The notes beneath the pieces are model-generated. The model was not told the origin of the DNA. It did no database searches and saw only the letters and a program-made list of their open reading frames with translations. Below are positions 50,028-59,022 of a DNA stretch of 63,124 nucleotides, piece by piece; position 1 is the first letter of the stretch, and each line of letters begins with the position of its first letter. This DNA comes from Desulfuromonadales bacterium (lineage in GTDB: Bacteria > Desulfobacterota > Desulfuromonadia > Desulfuromonadales > SZUA-540): NCBI GenBank assembly GCA_033549025.1, contig JAWSUS010000020.1:1-63124 (forward strand), written 5' to 3'. Position numbers and translations under genes: made by a program.

Positions 50028-52664
50028 TTACTGCGAGGAGCCATCAGTCTTGAGATCTTTTCCAGGGCCCATGGCATCTCTCATGTTGTCTGTTTCGCCA
50101 ATAGAACATGCCGGCAGATTGGGAAAGGCGCTGAGGATGGAAACCACCAAGGTTGCAGCATACGGAATCCCCTGGACCAGCAGCATAATGCACCATACAA
50201 GCAGGTCCGGCGATTCAGATCCCATTCGGATAAAGATGGCACCGGACGCCAGGCAGAGACCGAAAAGTAAAAGGCTTTCTTCCCGGGCGGCCTGCAACGC
50301 CTTGATCAGGGCCTGTTTGCTGGCCTTTTTGGGAGTGCGGAAAAAAGGCAGGCCGGTTTTGAAAAACCCGGTCAATACGGCGATACCGATCGTATGGGAC
50401 AGCGCCAGGCCTGCTAACGCTGCGGCACCTATCTGAATACCTCTTGCCCCAACGCGAGTCTCGTACAGGTAGATGAGTTTAGCTACCTTGAATGCGAAAA
50501 GAATCAGCGGCAAAACAGCGAATATCAGCAATGGCGGCGGAACTCGGGTGGGTGCCAGAACCATTGCCGCCGACCAGAACAAGGCCGCCAAGTTGAAAAT
50601 CACATTGATGCCGTCGGCAACCCACGGCAGCCAACCGGCCAAAAAGTGGTACCGCTGCCCGACAGTCAATTTCCCCTCGGTTCCTAAGAACAGTGTCCGG
50701 CTATGCCGACGCATGATCTGCACCGCGCCGTAGGCCCAACGAAAACGCTGCTTTTTGTAGTCGATGAAGGTGTCAGGCATCAGTCCGCGGCCATAGCTTC
50801 GGGGGATATAGGTTGCCTTCAGCCCCGCCTCAAAAATCCGCAGGCCCAGATCCGCATCCTCGGTGATGCACCATTCCGCCCAGCCATTCACCTGCTCCAG
50901 AACCTTTCGGCGCACCATAGTCATGGTGCCATGCTGAATAATGGCATTGCGTTCGTTGCGGACGATCATGCCGATATAGAAAAACCCTCTGTATTCCACA
51001 TAGGCCATGGCTTTGAAGGCGTTTTCCTGGCTGTCGCGATAATCCTGCGGCGCCTGAACGATAGCTATCTCCTCATTCAGGAATTGCGGGCTAAGGTCAC
51101 GCAGCCAGTGGGGATGAACCTTGTAATCGCTGTCAATGACCGCCACGATCTCTGCTTCGGCAGCAGTTTGTCGCATGGTAAAATTAAGTGCGCCCGCCTT
51201 GTATCCGGCTAAAGGTGATTTGTGGAAAAACCGGAACCGGGGACCGAGCTTGGCGCAATGGGCTTCGACAGGTTGCCATACCGCTGGGTCCTTGGTGTTG
51301 TTGTCAATTACCAGAACTTCATAACGAGGATAATCGAGAACCGCCAGGGCATCCAGGGTCTCGATCACCATCTCGGGCGGTTCGTTATAAGTCGGCACGT
51401 GAATGGAAACCATGGGCAGCATGTCGTCAGTCACCTCATGCGGCACAAACGGGCGGCGGTGTTCTCGTACCCATATTGCTTCGGCCCATTCATGGGCCTC
51501 GGCCAACAGTACAATCATGACGCCCAACATGCCGGATATCAACAGCACCCCGACCACGATGCTGACCGGACTCTGGTATTGGTTGGTGTAGTCGTAGATG
51601 ATCCAGACCACTGCGGTTGCAGCCACGTAGGCGATCACGGCGAGAAAGCTGCGGCCGCGTTTTCGCAGATGCCGACTGTCGATGAGCAGTACGGCGAAGG
51701 TAAGTAATGCCGCGATTACGGAAATGGCTGCGAGCACTGGCCATTCTGGAACCTTTACAATGGGCTCGTCAAAAGTGAACTTGGGCTCCCGCTTGTTATC
51801 GTATACGCCCCAGTAGGCACCGACAGACCCTTCCAATTCCTTCTTCCAGGGCTGATCAAAGGCTTCCATTACGTAATAGATATAGTCTTCCGCAGTGGCA
51901 CGTGCCAGGAAACGGCGCAAGAAGGCTGCCTGGTTTGACTCCGAAGCCACGGCTTGTTTAATTGTGCGGCCGTTGCTCGGCCAACCGACTTCGGTGATGA
52001 CGATCCGTTTGCCAGGGAAGTGTCTTTTGAGTTCGTGCATGCGCTCCACCACATAATCAACCGCCCTGTCGACTGGCACACCCTCCCAGTAGGGGAGCAT
52101 GTGCACGGCGATATAGTCGACGTGATTGGCAATTTCAGGGTGGTCAATCCAGACATGCCACGGTTCCGCCGTGCTCACGGGAATGTCCGTTAAAGAGCGG
52201 ACATGTTCCAGATGAGAGGCCAGTTCCTGGACGGAAAGGTTGCCGCGCAGCAGTACCTCGTTCCCGACAATGATGCGCACCACATTGTGTGCCTGGGAGG
52301 CGACCTTCAGCAGACGGGAGACTTCCTGCGCGTTCCTGTCCAGATCCTCATCGAGCCACGCGCCCAAGGCAACATTGATCCTGTGCTTGCGGGCCAATGC
52401 GGGAATATCCCCCAAAATACCATCCACACTGTACGTACGCACCGCGTGGGTGAGGCCGGAAAGCAGCGCCAGATCATCATCAATTTGTTCCAGGCTGGGA
52501 TATGTCCGGGAGATAGCCGACTGTCCTTCATGATAGGGGGCAAAAGAGAAACCCTGAATCGTCGAAGGCCATGGCGGTTCCGCTTCGGGGCGGTTGGCCA
52601 GAGCCCAGAACATAATAGTTATTACAGCAACAGTGAAAGCAATGGTAAAACTGTCTTTGCGCAT
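50028..52664 (-). CDS. GH17 + GT2 fusion glucosyltransferase (NdvB-like beta-1,3-glucan synthesis)
   Basis: GH17: VRTYS, VGNEV, TAEPW, TEVGWPS, EAFDQPWK; GT2: DSD, TEDAD, QRFRW; multiple TM segments. Confidence 0.9.
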   Translation of the reverse strand: MRKDSFTIAFTVAVITIMFWALANRPEAEPPWPSTIQGFSFAPYHEGQSAISRTYPSLEQIDDDLALLSGLTHAVRTYSVDGILGDIPALARKHRINVALGAWLDEDLDRNAQEVSRLLKVASQAHNVVRIIVGNEVLLRGNLSVQELASHLEHVRSLTDIPVSTAEPWHVWIDHPEIANHVDYIAVHMLPYWEGVPVDRAVDYVVERMHELKRHFPGKRIVITEVGWPSNGRTIKQAVASESNQAAFLRRFLARATAEDYIYYVMEAFDQPWKKELEGSVGAYWGVYDNKREPKFTFDEPIVKVPEWPVLAAISVIAALLTFAVLLIDSRHLRKRGRSFLAVIAYVAATAVVWIIYDYTNQYQSPVSIVVGVLLISGMLGVMIVLLAEAHEWAEAIWVREHRRPFVPHEVTDDMLPMVSIHVPTYNEPPEMVIETLDALAVLDYPRYEVLVIDNNTKDPAVWQPVEAHCAKLGPRFRFFHKSPLAGYKAGALNFTMRQTAAEAEIVAVIDSDYKVHPHWLRDLSPQFLNEEIAIVQAPQDYRDSQENAFKAMAYVEYRGFFYIGMIVRNERNAIIQHGTMTMVRRKVLEQVNGWAEWCITEDADLGLRIFEAGLKATYIPRSYGRGLMPDTFIDYKKQRFRWAYGAVQIMRRHSRTLFLGTEGKLTVGQRYHFLAGWLPWVADGINVIFNLAALFWSAAMVLAPTRVPPPLLIFAVLPLILFAFKVAKLIYLYETRVGARGIQIGAAALAGLALSHTIGIAVLTGFFKTGLPFFRTPKKASKQALIKALQAAREESLLLFGLCLASGAIFIRMGSESPDLLVWCIMLLVQGIPYAATLVVSILSAFPNLPACSIGETDNMRDAMGPGKDLKTDGSSQ

Positions 52665-52826
52665 CTGCGCTTACCTCACGTATGTTCCATTCTAGGGGTG
52701 TAGGTGAATCACTCTCTGATGAGCGAATATCCAAAAAAGTTGTGCCAAATTTCGGCGCATTTTAGTCTACTTTTCAGGAACTTAGCAAGTGAACTGAAAA
52801 GGAGAGGCGAATCGTGGCGAAATTAG

Positions 52827-53030
52827 TCCAAAAAATTTCCAACCTGTAGAGCTAGGTTTATTCAAGAAACCTATTGCTTCCTAGCCGAAATGAGTTGGAT
52901 GAAAACCATAGATGCTGCCGTAAACGGGCTATTTTTTTAAAAAACTATTTACACCCAGAAGGAAGAGGGCGTAGTTGAAGGTTACAGCCAAGAGCACTAT
53001 CGAGAAATTTGTGAAAAAGTGATCGAATAG
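52827..53030 (+). pseudogene. Possible AT-rich gene remnant with one in-frame TAA
   Basis: Frame reads ..MSWMKTIDAAVNGLFF*KTIYTQKEEGVVEGYSQEHYREICEKVIE*; no recognisable family. Confidence 0.2.
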
Positions 53031-53257
53031 TTAACAATTTTTTGCACAAGACCTACTCAGACGTCCCGTCGAGAATTTAATAGTCCATAAAATGGATGGG
53101 CTCCAAATTTGCCATGTAAGCGACTTTTATACACACGTGAAGGGAAAGGCATGCCTAGAAATATGTCTTTCTTGTTGGGTTAAACAGTTAGGAATTGCTG
53201 GTCAAAACATTTTAGCAAACATTTGATTTTTAATCCCAGACTTCTGATCCCGCTCCA

Positions 53258-53285
53258 TGTTTACATAATATATCTTATCCGACGA
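53258..53285 (-). other. Chromosomal dif site (XerC/XerD recombination site)
   Basis: Minus strand TCGTCGGATAA-GATATA-TTATGTAAACA, the 11-6-11 layout of E. coli dif GGTGCGCATAA-TGTATA-TTATGTTAAAT; gene orientation and KOPS flip here. Confidence 0.85.
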
Positions 53286-53628
53286 TAACTATGGCGACCG
53301 ATCAAGGTTACAGTCCATAGGGAGTGAAGGCCGACAGGCCTTTAGCGGGCAGTGGTCGACCAGGGCGAACGCAACGAAGTTTTGCGTTCGTCGCCCTGGA
53401 CGATCACGTCGGCCTGCCCGCGTCTCCCTGTGGGCTGTGTTGGTGCCGGTGGTCGGCGAAGCCGGCCACGGTGCCAATGCAGCACGTGCGAGTCTAGTAA
53501 CACTGCACTTTTGTCTCATTTTTGATACTCATTTTTTGCCTGTTTTTTCACTTAACTGTTCGAAACTAGACGGGAAAAGCCTCTTTTCCCTCCGTCCGAC
53601 AATGTCCGACGCTTTTTAGGGGGATTTT

Positions 53629-53862
53629 ATGCGCAAAAACCGGGTTCGGAAATCGACTCTTGACACAAAAATTACCGTTCGCCTTGACCCTTCCCAACTG
53701 CAAAAGCTGGAACGGTTCGCCGATGGTGAAGGGATCACCGTGTCGTTCATGGTTCGTCACTTGGTCAGGCGCTTCCTTGAGGAAAAAGACCGCTCCATGC
53801 CGATGCAATTTGGCGCTGTTCAAACTTTTTCCTCGCCGATGGATGACTGGGACGACGATTGA
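53629..53862 (+). CDS. CopG/ribbon-helix-helix DNA-binding protein
   Basis: TKITVRLD..QLQKLERFADGEGITVSFMVRHLVRRFL; AGGGGG RBS. Confidence 0.78.
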   Translation: MRKNRVRKSTLDTKITVRLDPSQLQKLERFADGEGITVSFMVRHLVRRFLEEKDRSMPMQFGAVQTFSSPMDDWDDD

Positions 53863-53873
53863 GGGGGCCGTTT

Positions 53874-54383
53874 ATGCAGAAAAATCAGGGGCAAGCGCCC
53901 TACTCCACAACCCGTTTTGAGGCCGATATCTCCAGAGCCTTGAGTGAAGCAAACCGCGTGTTTAACCCGCTTCACAAGGATTGCGAGGTGTCTTACCGGG
54001 TCTTTGACCAGAAGAACGGCTTTGTGGTTCTGCAAGTCGCCCCGCCTTCGGGCATGACTCGGGCCTTCGTCGCTCTGCTCGAATCACTCCACGGGCTGTT
54101 TCGATTCATGGACAACAAGGCCAGAATCACGACTCTTGGCTCTGCTCCGGTGGATCTGTCGGAACTGGAACAGCAAAAGCAGTTCCAAAAAAACTTTCAA
54201 TCGAAGGTTTGCGCCCTCTTCGATGGTTTTACAGGTCAGGGACTAGCACGAAATGAGGCCGTTAAACGCACGAATGCCGCCCTTAAAGCGGAAAAACACC
54301 CATGGGCCAATCATGCAACCGTCTCGGACGTCTTGAGGGCTTCAGGGCGATTTAAGAAGGCCAAAACGGGAAAAAGGGTTTGA
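53874..54383 (+). CDS. Hypothetical protein (169 aa), possible C-terminal helical DNA-binding domain
   Basis: GAGGGGG RBS, follows the RHH gene, basic C-terminus; no HUH or tyrosine-recombinase motifs seen. Confidence 0.65.
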   Translation: MQKNQGQAPYSTTRFEADISRALSEANRVFNPLHKDCEVSYRVFDQKNGFVVLQVAPPSGMTRAFVALLESLHGLFRFMDNKARITTLGSAPVDLSELEQQKQFQKNFQSKVCALFDGFTGQGLARNEAVKRTNAALKAEKHPWANHATVSDVLRASGRFKKAKTGKRV

Positions 54384-54460
54384 CAATTTGACCGACAACA
54401 GCCCAACAATGTCTGACAGTCACAAGTCGACGTTTTGGGATTGGGGAGATTGTAGGTTTG

Positions 54461-54473
54461 CAACTACTTGATT
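54461..54473. promoter_or_regulatory. IHF consensus site abutting the dif-like site
   Basis: CAACTACTTGATT = YAANNNNTTGATW; a second match CAAACATTTGATT at 53216-53228. Confidence 0.55.
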
Positions 54474-54501
54474 TTATTAACAAATATATCTTATCCGACG
54501 T
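54474..54501 (-). repeat. Second, dif-like site with a degenerate XerD arm
   Basis: Minus strand ACGTCGGATAA-GATATA-TTTGTTAATAA. Confidence 0.8.
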
Positions 54502-54718
54502 TTGCTATGCCGGACAGGCAGGCGAAATAAGAACACCGTAGGCTCCCCCCTTCAGGGAGATCGTACAACACACGCCCTCTCGAGGTGCCCCCTCCTGAAA
54601 CACATCCGAAAAGATATTCTCCTGTTGACCGAAAGATTGTGGTAGGTTTCGGTCTTGAGGTGTAGTAACCACCTCATGTCAGGCTTTAGAATGGATCTTG
54701 CAGACGGGAGCACATTTT

Positions 54719-55039
54719 ATGATTTTTGATTTCTATGTATCAAACATGCCTTTTGACGCCACCGAGGAGGATTTGCGTAAACTCTTTGAAGTTGCCGGCA
54801 AGGTGAAAGCTGTCAACCTGGTCACCGATCGCAAAACGGGTCTCTTTAAAGGGAGCGGTTTCGTCAAGATGATTGATGTCAAGGTCCGCGAGGTGGTCGA
54901 AACGCTGGATGGCGCCCTTCTTGGCAATCGGCCGATTTCGGTTTCAGAGGCGCTGCCACAAAAACCTGGCGCGGCAAATACGGGCGGAGGTCGCGAACGC
55001 TCAGGTCGCGGGAATCGGCCCGATCGGCGCAGGAACTAG
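54719..55039 (+). CDS. RRM domain RNA-binding protein
   Basis: RNP2 FYVSNM, RNP1 KGSGFVKM, Gly/Arg-rich tail. Confidence 0.9.
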   Translation: MIFDFYVSNMPFDATEEDLRKLFEVAGKVKAVNLVTDRKTGLFKGSGFVKMIDVKVREVVETLDGALLGNRPISVSEALPQKPGAANTGGGRERSGRGNRPDRRRN

Positions 55040-55050
55040 TTGAAAACTTT

Positions 55051-55079
55051 AAAAAAAGGCGACCATCGGTCGCCTTTTT
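55051..55079. terminator. Bidirectional intrinsic terminator
   Basis: A run, GGCGACC-atc-GGTCGCC, T run, between convergent genes. Confidence 0.85.
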
Positions 55080-55090
55080 AATACTTTCAC

Positions 55091-56848
55091 CTACTTGTCT
55101 TTTGGACCCCGTCGCCCGGAAGGAACTTTTTTCCTCGTCGGACTGAATGGTCGCGCCCCCTTCCCCTTCATCGGCGGTTTTTTCCGGTGGCCCTCCCCTG
55201 AGCTTGTCCCCGGCTTGCCCGTATCGACGCGAAGCTGCAGCTGCTGTCCGCAAACCCACACATTCTGCAACACCCGCATGGTTTCCTTTGGTAGATCCTC
55301 AGGTAAATCGACCAGGCTGAAGGTGTCGAACAGCTTGATTTGTCCGATATCACTGCTGCTGAGTTGGGCCTCGTTGCTAATGGCTCCGACAATATGACGT
55401 GGCTCCACACCGTGTATACGGCCGACTTCGATTCGATATCGCGTCATGGCACCCGCCGATGTTTTGGCCTTTCGACTGCCGGAGGCGGTCGTCATTGGTG
55501 AGGCATCCAGAACCTCCTCAGTTGCGGCCCCTTCGATCTGCAGGGGTTTGTCTTTTTGAACCAGGTAAGCGAGTGTAGCGGCGATACGCCGCAAACCGAC
55601 ATCGTATTCATCCTGGTAGTTGTCGATCAGCTCCTCAAAAAACTCCAGATCCTGTGACTCCATCGCCTCGGCGATCATCTCCTTGAAAAGACCGATACGC
55701 CTGTCCGTGATATCCTTTCGGGTCGGCAGAGTCATGGGGGTGATGGGCTGGCGAGTCGCCTGTTCAATGGCATAGAGCATGCGGCGCTCACGAGGCGCGA
55801 CAAAGAGGATAGCCTTCCCTTCCCGGCCCGCCCTACCCGTCCGGCCAATGCGGTGAATATAGGCTTCGGTGTCATAAGGGATGTCGTAATTGACGACATG
55901 ACTGATGCGCTTGACATCCAGACCGCGGGCGGCCACATCCGTCGCCACCACAATGTCCAGAGACCCGTTCTTTAGGCGTTCGATCGTTTTCTCACGCATG
56001 GCCTGGGTCATGTCGCCGTTGAGGGGAGCGCTGGAGAATCCGCGTGCTTCAAGCTTTTCAGATAATTCGATTGTGGCTAGCTTGGTGCGAACGAAGATGA
56101 TCATCGCTTCGATCTCTTCCGCCTCCAAAATGCGGGTAAGCGCATCCAGTTTGTGCAGGCCTTTGACCTGCCAGAAGCGCTGACTGATGGTCTCCACCGT
56201 CGAGGTCTTGCTTTTGATGCGAATCTCTACGGGATTCTGTAGGTGACGGCGGGCCACCTGCAGCACTTCCCTGGGGATCGTGGCGGAAAAGAGGACGGTC
56301 TGCCGCTCTGCCGGGGTATGTTCGAGTATCTGTTCAACCTCTTCGATGAAACCCATTTTGAGCATTTCATCCGCTTCATCCACCACAACAGCCAGCAGGC
56401 GATCGAGCTTGAGGGTGCCGCGCCGAAGGTGATCCTGGATGCGGCCCGGCGTACCCACTACAGCGTGGACTCCTCGCTGCAGTTGCCGAAGCTGCTGACT
56501 CATATTTTGCCCACCATATACCGGCAAAACCTGGAATCCCTTGAGGTGCCGGGCATAGGTCTGCATGGCTTCGGCTACCTGCAAGGCCAGTTCCCGCGTT
56601 GGCGTCAACACAAGGATCTGGGGGATCTTTTTATCCAGATCAATGCGACTCAACAGGGGCAGGGAAAATGCGGCAGTTTTACCCGTGCCAGTTTGGGCCT
56701 GCCCAAGCAGATCCCTGCCCTCCAGCAGCGGGGGAATGCTTTGAGCCTGGATAGGTGACGGGGTTTCGTAACCCACCTCGTCGATAACCTTGAATATTGC
56801 GGGGTGAAGTTCTAACTGGGCAAAGCTGACGATGTCATTTTCGTTCAT
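55091..56848 (-). CDS. deaD: DEAD-box RNA helicase (DeaD/CsdA)
   Basis: AQTGTGKT, PTRELA, DEAD, SAT, HRIGRTGRAG, C-terminal DbpA-type RNA-binding domain. Confidence 0.95.
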   Translation of the reverse strand: MNENDIVSFAQLELHPAIFKVIDEVGYETPSPIQAQSIPPLLEGRDLLGQAQTGTGKTAAFSLPLLSRIDLDKKIPQILVLTPTRELALQVAEAMQTYARHLKGFQVLPVYGGQNMSQQLRQLQRGVHAVVGTPGRIQDHLRRGTLKLDRLLAVVVDEADEMLKMGFIEEVEQILEHTPAERQTVLFSATIPREVLQVARRHLQNPVEIRIKSKTSTVETISQRFWQVKGLHKLDALTRILEAEEIEAMIIFVRTKLATIELSEKLEARGFSSAPLNGDMTQAMREKTIERLKNGSLDIVVATDVAARGLDVKRISHVVNYDIPYDTEAYIHRIGRTGRAGREGKAILFVAPRERRMLYAIEQATRQPITPMTLPTRKDITDRRIGLFKEMIAEAMESQDLEFFEELIDNYQDEYDVGLRRIAATLAYLVQKDKPLQIEGAATEEVLDASPMTTASGSRKAKTSAGAMTRYRIEVGRIHGVEPRHIVGAISNEAQLSSSDIGQIKLFDTFSLVDLPEDLPKETMRVLQNVWVCGQQLQLRVDTGKPGTSSGEGHRKKPPMKGKGARPFSPTRKKVPSGRRGPKDK

Positions 56849-56960
56849 GGAAATCCTGTGTAATGGGTATGTAGTGAGATATTTGGGTTGAACCAAAGAT
56901 GATTGAAGAGTTTAAAAAGTACCCCAATAGATTGTATAGCGCAATTCTCTCCAGAGGGTT

Positions 56961-56995
56961 AAAAAAAAAGGGAGTGACTGAGTCACTCCCTCTTT
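56961..56995 (-). terminator. Terminator after tRNA-Pro
   Basis: GGGAGTGAC..GTCACTCCC stem with a 9-T run on the minus strand. Confidence 0.85.
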
Positions 56996-57000
56996 CCTCG

Positions 57001-57078
<78 letters not shown>

Positions 57079-57192
57079 TCAATCAACGAGACCGGATTAT
57101 GGTTTATTTGATATGGAATGTCAAGGGAAAATTATCAAAAAAATAACTGGCTATTGGCCTCAAACCGACTGTTTTTTCAGGTGGTTACACAA

Positions 57193-58494
57193 TCATATTT
57201 TTCGGCGGTCAATTACGCGATTGGCTTTTCCTTCGTGTCTTTGAATGGAGGAAGGCTCAACGAGCTTTACCTTGGCCCCAACTCCCAAACTGGAGGCCAG
57301 ACGTTTTTCAACCATTTCAACAAAGGCCCGCTGTCTTTTCATTTCGTCAAAGAAAATACCTTCATTGACCTCGACATGCACCTCCAGAGTGTCCATGGTC
57401 CCTTCCCTGTCCACGACCAACTGATAATGAGGCTCACAGCCTTCGACCTGAAAGAGGATCTCCTCAATCTGGGTCGGGAAGACGTTGACCCCCTTGATAA
57501 TGAGCATGTCATCGGAGCGTCCGGCAGTTTTCTGCATTCTGGCCAGGGTTCTGCCACAGGCGCAGGGCTCGTAGATGAGGCGGGTAATATCGCGGGTACG
57601 GTAACGGATCATCGGGAAAGCTTCTTTGGTGATGCTGGTCAGCACCAGTTCCCCCATCTCTCCCTCTGGCAGAACTTCACCGGTATCCGGATTGATGATT
57701 TCGGCAATGAAATGGTCTTCAAACAGATGCATGCCGCATTGGTGCTCGCATTCACCGGCAATACCCGGTCCCATGACTTCCGAGAGCCCGTAATTGTCTG
57801 TCGCCAGAATTCCCAGGCGCTTCTCGATCTCCTTGCGCATCTCCTCGCTCCAGGGTTCCCCGCCGAAGAGACCGAACTTGAGTGCCATGGACTCAGGTGA
57901 AATACCCTGCTTCTCCATGCGATCAGCCAGGGTCAGGGCGTATGAGGGAGTACAGACCAGGGCCGTGGAACGGTAGTCCTGCATGATCATGAGCTGCTTG
58001 TCCGTATTGCCGCTCGAAATAGGAATCACTGAAGCCCCAATGCGCTCAGCGCCATAATGAAGACCGAAGGCCCCCGTGAAGAGGCCATAGCCGAAAGCAA
58101 TCTGCACTATGTCGTCGGCACTCACGCCGGCGGCCGTCATGAATCGGGCCACCAACTCTGTCCAGGTATTGAGATCGTTGCGGGTATATCCCACAACGGT
58201 AGGCTTTCCGGTTGTGCCCGAAGAGGAATGGATGCGAACCACCTGCCGCATGGGAACGGCAAACATGCCGTAGGGGTAGTTGAGGCGCAGATCCTCTTTG
58301 GTCGTAAAGGGGAGCTTGGACAGGTCAGACAAGCTGGAAATACTTTCGGGGGTGAGCTTCAAGCCGCTGAACTTGTTCTGGTAGCAGGGAACGTGTTCAA
58401 AAACGCGACGAACCGTATTTTTCAGCCCTTCCAGTTGAAGCTCTTTTAAAGCACTTCGGTCAAGACATTCTTTTTCGGGATTCCAAATGGGCAT
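57193..58494 (-). CDS. paaK: Phenylacetate--CoA ligase family protein
   Basis: [37 protein letters not shown]. Confidence 0.93.
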   Translation of the reverse strand: MPIWNPEKECLDRSALKELQLEGLKNTVRRVFEHVPCYQNKFSGLKLTPESISSLSDLSKLPFTTKEDLRLNYPYGMFAVPMRQVVRIHSSSGTTGKPTVVGYTRNDLNTWTELVARFMTAAGVSADDIVQIAFGYGLFTGAFGLHYGAERIGASVIPISSGNTDKQLMIMQDYRSTALVCTPSYALTLADRMEKQGISPESMALKFGLFGGEPWSEEMRKEIEKRLGILATDNYGLSEVMGPGIAGECEHQCGMHLFEDHFIAEIINPDTGEVLPEGEMGELVLTSITKEAFPMIRYRTRDITRLIYEPCACGRTLARMQKTAGRSDDMLIIKGVNVFPTQIEEILFQVEGCEPHYQLVVDREGTMDTLEVHVEVNEGIFFDEMKRQRAFVEMVEKRLASSLGVGAKVKLVEPSSIQRHEGKANRVIDRRKI

Positions 58495-58561
58495 CAGGGG
58501 CTCCAACCCTAAAGCTTTTTCTAGCTTCGGGGCTCATTCATTCAATATTAAACAGGTTTTC

Positions 58562-58993
58562 CTACATGGAGTAAATGCGTTCTCCCTGCAGAACATTCAC
58601 GTTGTTCTGGGTCAGAACCCTTATGGCTTCTTCGGGATTGTCGAAACGGAAAATAATGACGGCATTTCCGCCGCAGCGCTCAACGAAGGCATACATGTAT
58701 TCGACATTGACGGCAGCACGATCCAGAATTTGCAGGATACCGTAAAGTCCCTTGGGACGATCAGGCACCTCAACAGCCACAACCTCCGTCTTGTTGACCG
58801 TAAATCCTCGTTCTTTTAAGGTATTTTTGGCCAGATCCGTTTTGTCGACAATCAGTCGCAGGATACCGAAGTCCGAGGTGTCGGCAAGCGACAGGGCCCG
58901 GATATTGACGCCGGCGTCCCCCAGGGCTTCGGTGACCTCTGCCAAACGGCCAGACTTGTTTTCTATGAAAATGGAAATCTGCTCTACCTTCAT
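58562..58993 (-). CDS. Tandem ACT domain protein
   Basis: [23 protein letters not shown]; second ACT repeat [14 protein letters not shown]. Confidence 0.93.
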   Translation of the reverse strand: MKVEQISIFIENKSGRLAEVTEALGDAGVNIRALSLADTSDFGILRLIVDKTDLAKNTLKERGFTVNKTEVVAVEVPDRPKGLYGILQILDRAAVNVEYMYAFVERCGGNAVIIFRFDNPEEAIRVLTQNNVNVLQGERIYSM

Positions 58994-59022
58994 CGATCTA
59001 CCTCCCTTGCGAGCTGAAGCGG

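Larger units (their letters stand above)
53269..54490. mobile_element. Putative minimal integrative element exploiting Xer (IMEX), 1216 bp
   Basis: Bounded by the 18-bp direct repeat AATATATCTTATCCGACG (53267-53284, 54483-54500), which covers the dif spacer and XerC arm; carries two small genes. Confidence 0.7.

Noticed and set aside
53289..53619. Short ORFs 53289-53519 (-) and 53437-53619 (+) inside the element
   Set aside because: No RBS or protein-like features; the region is better explained by its hairpins.
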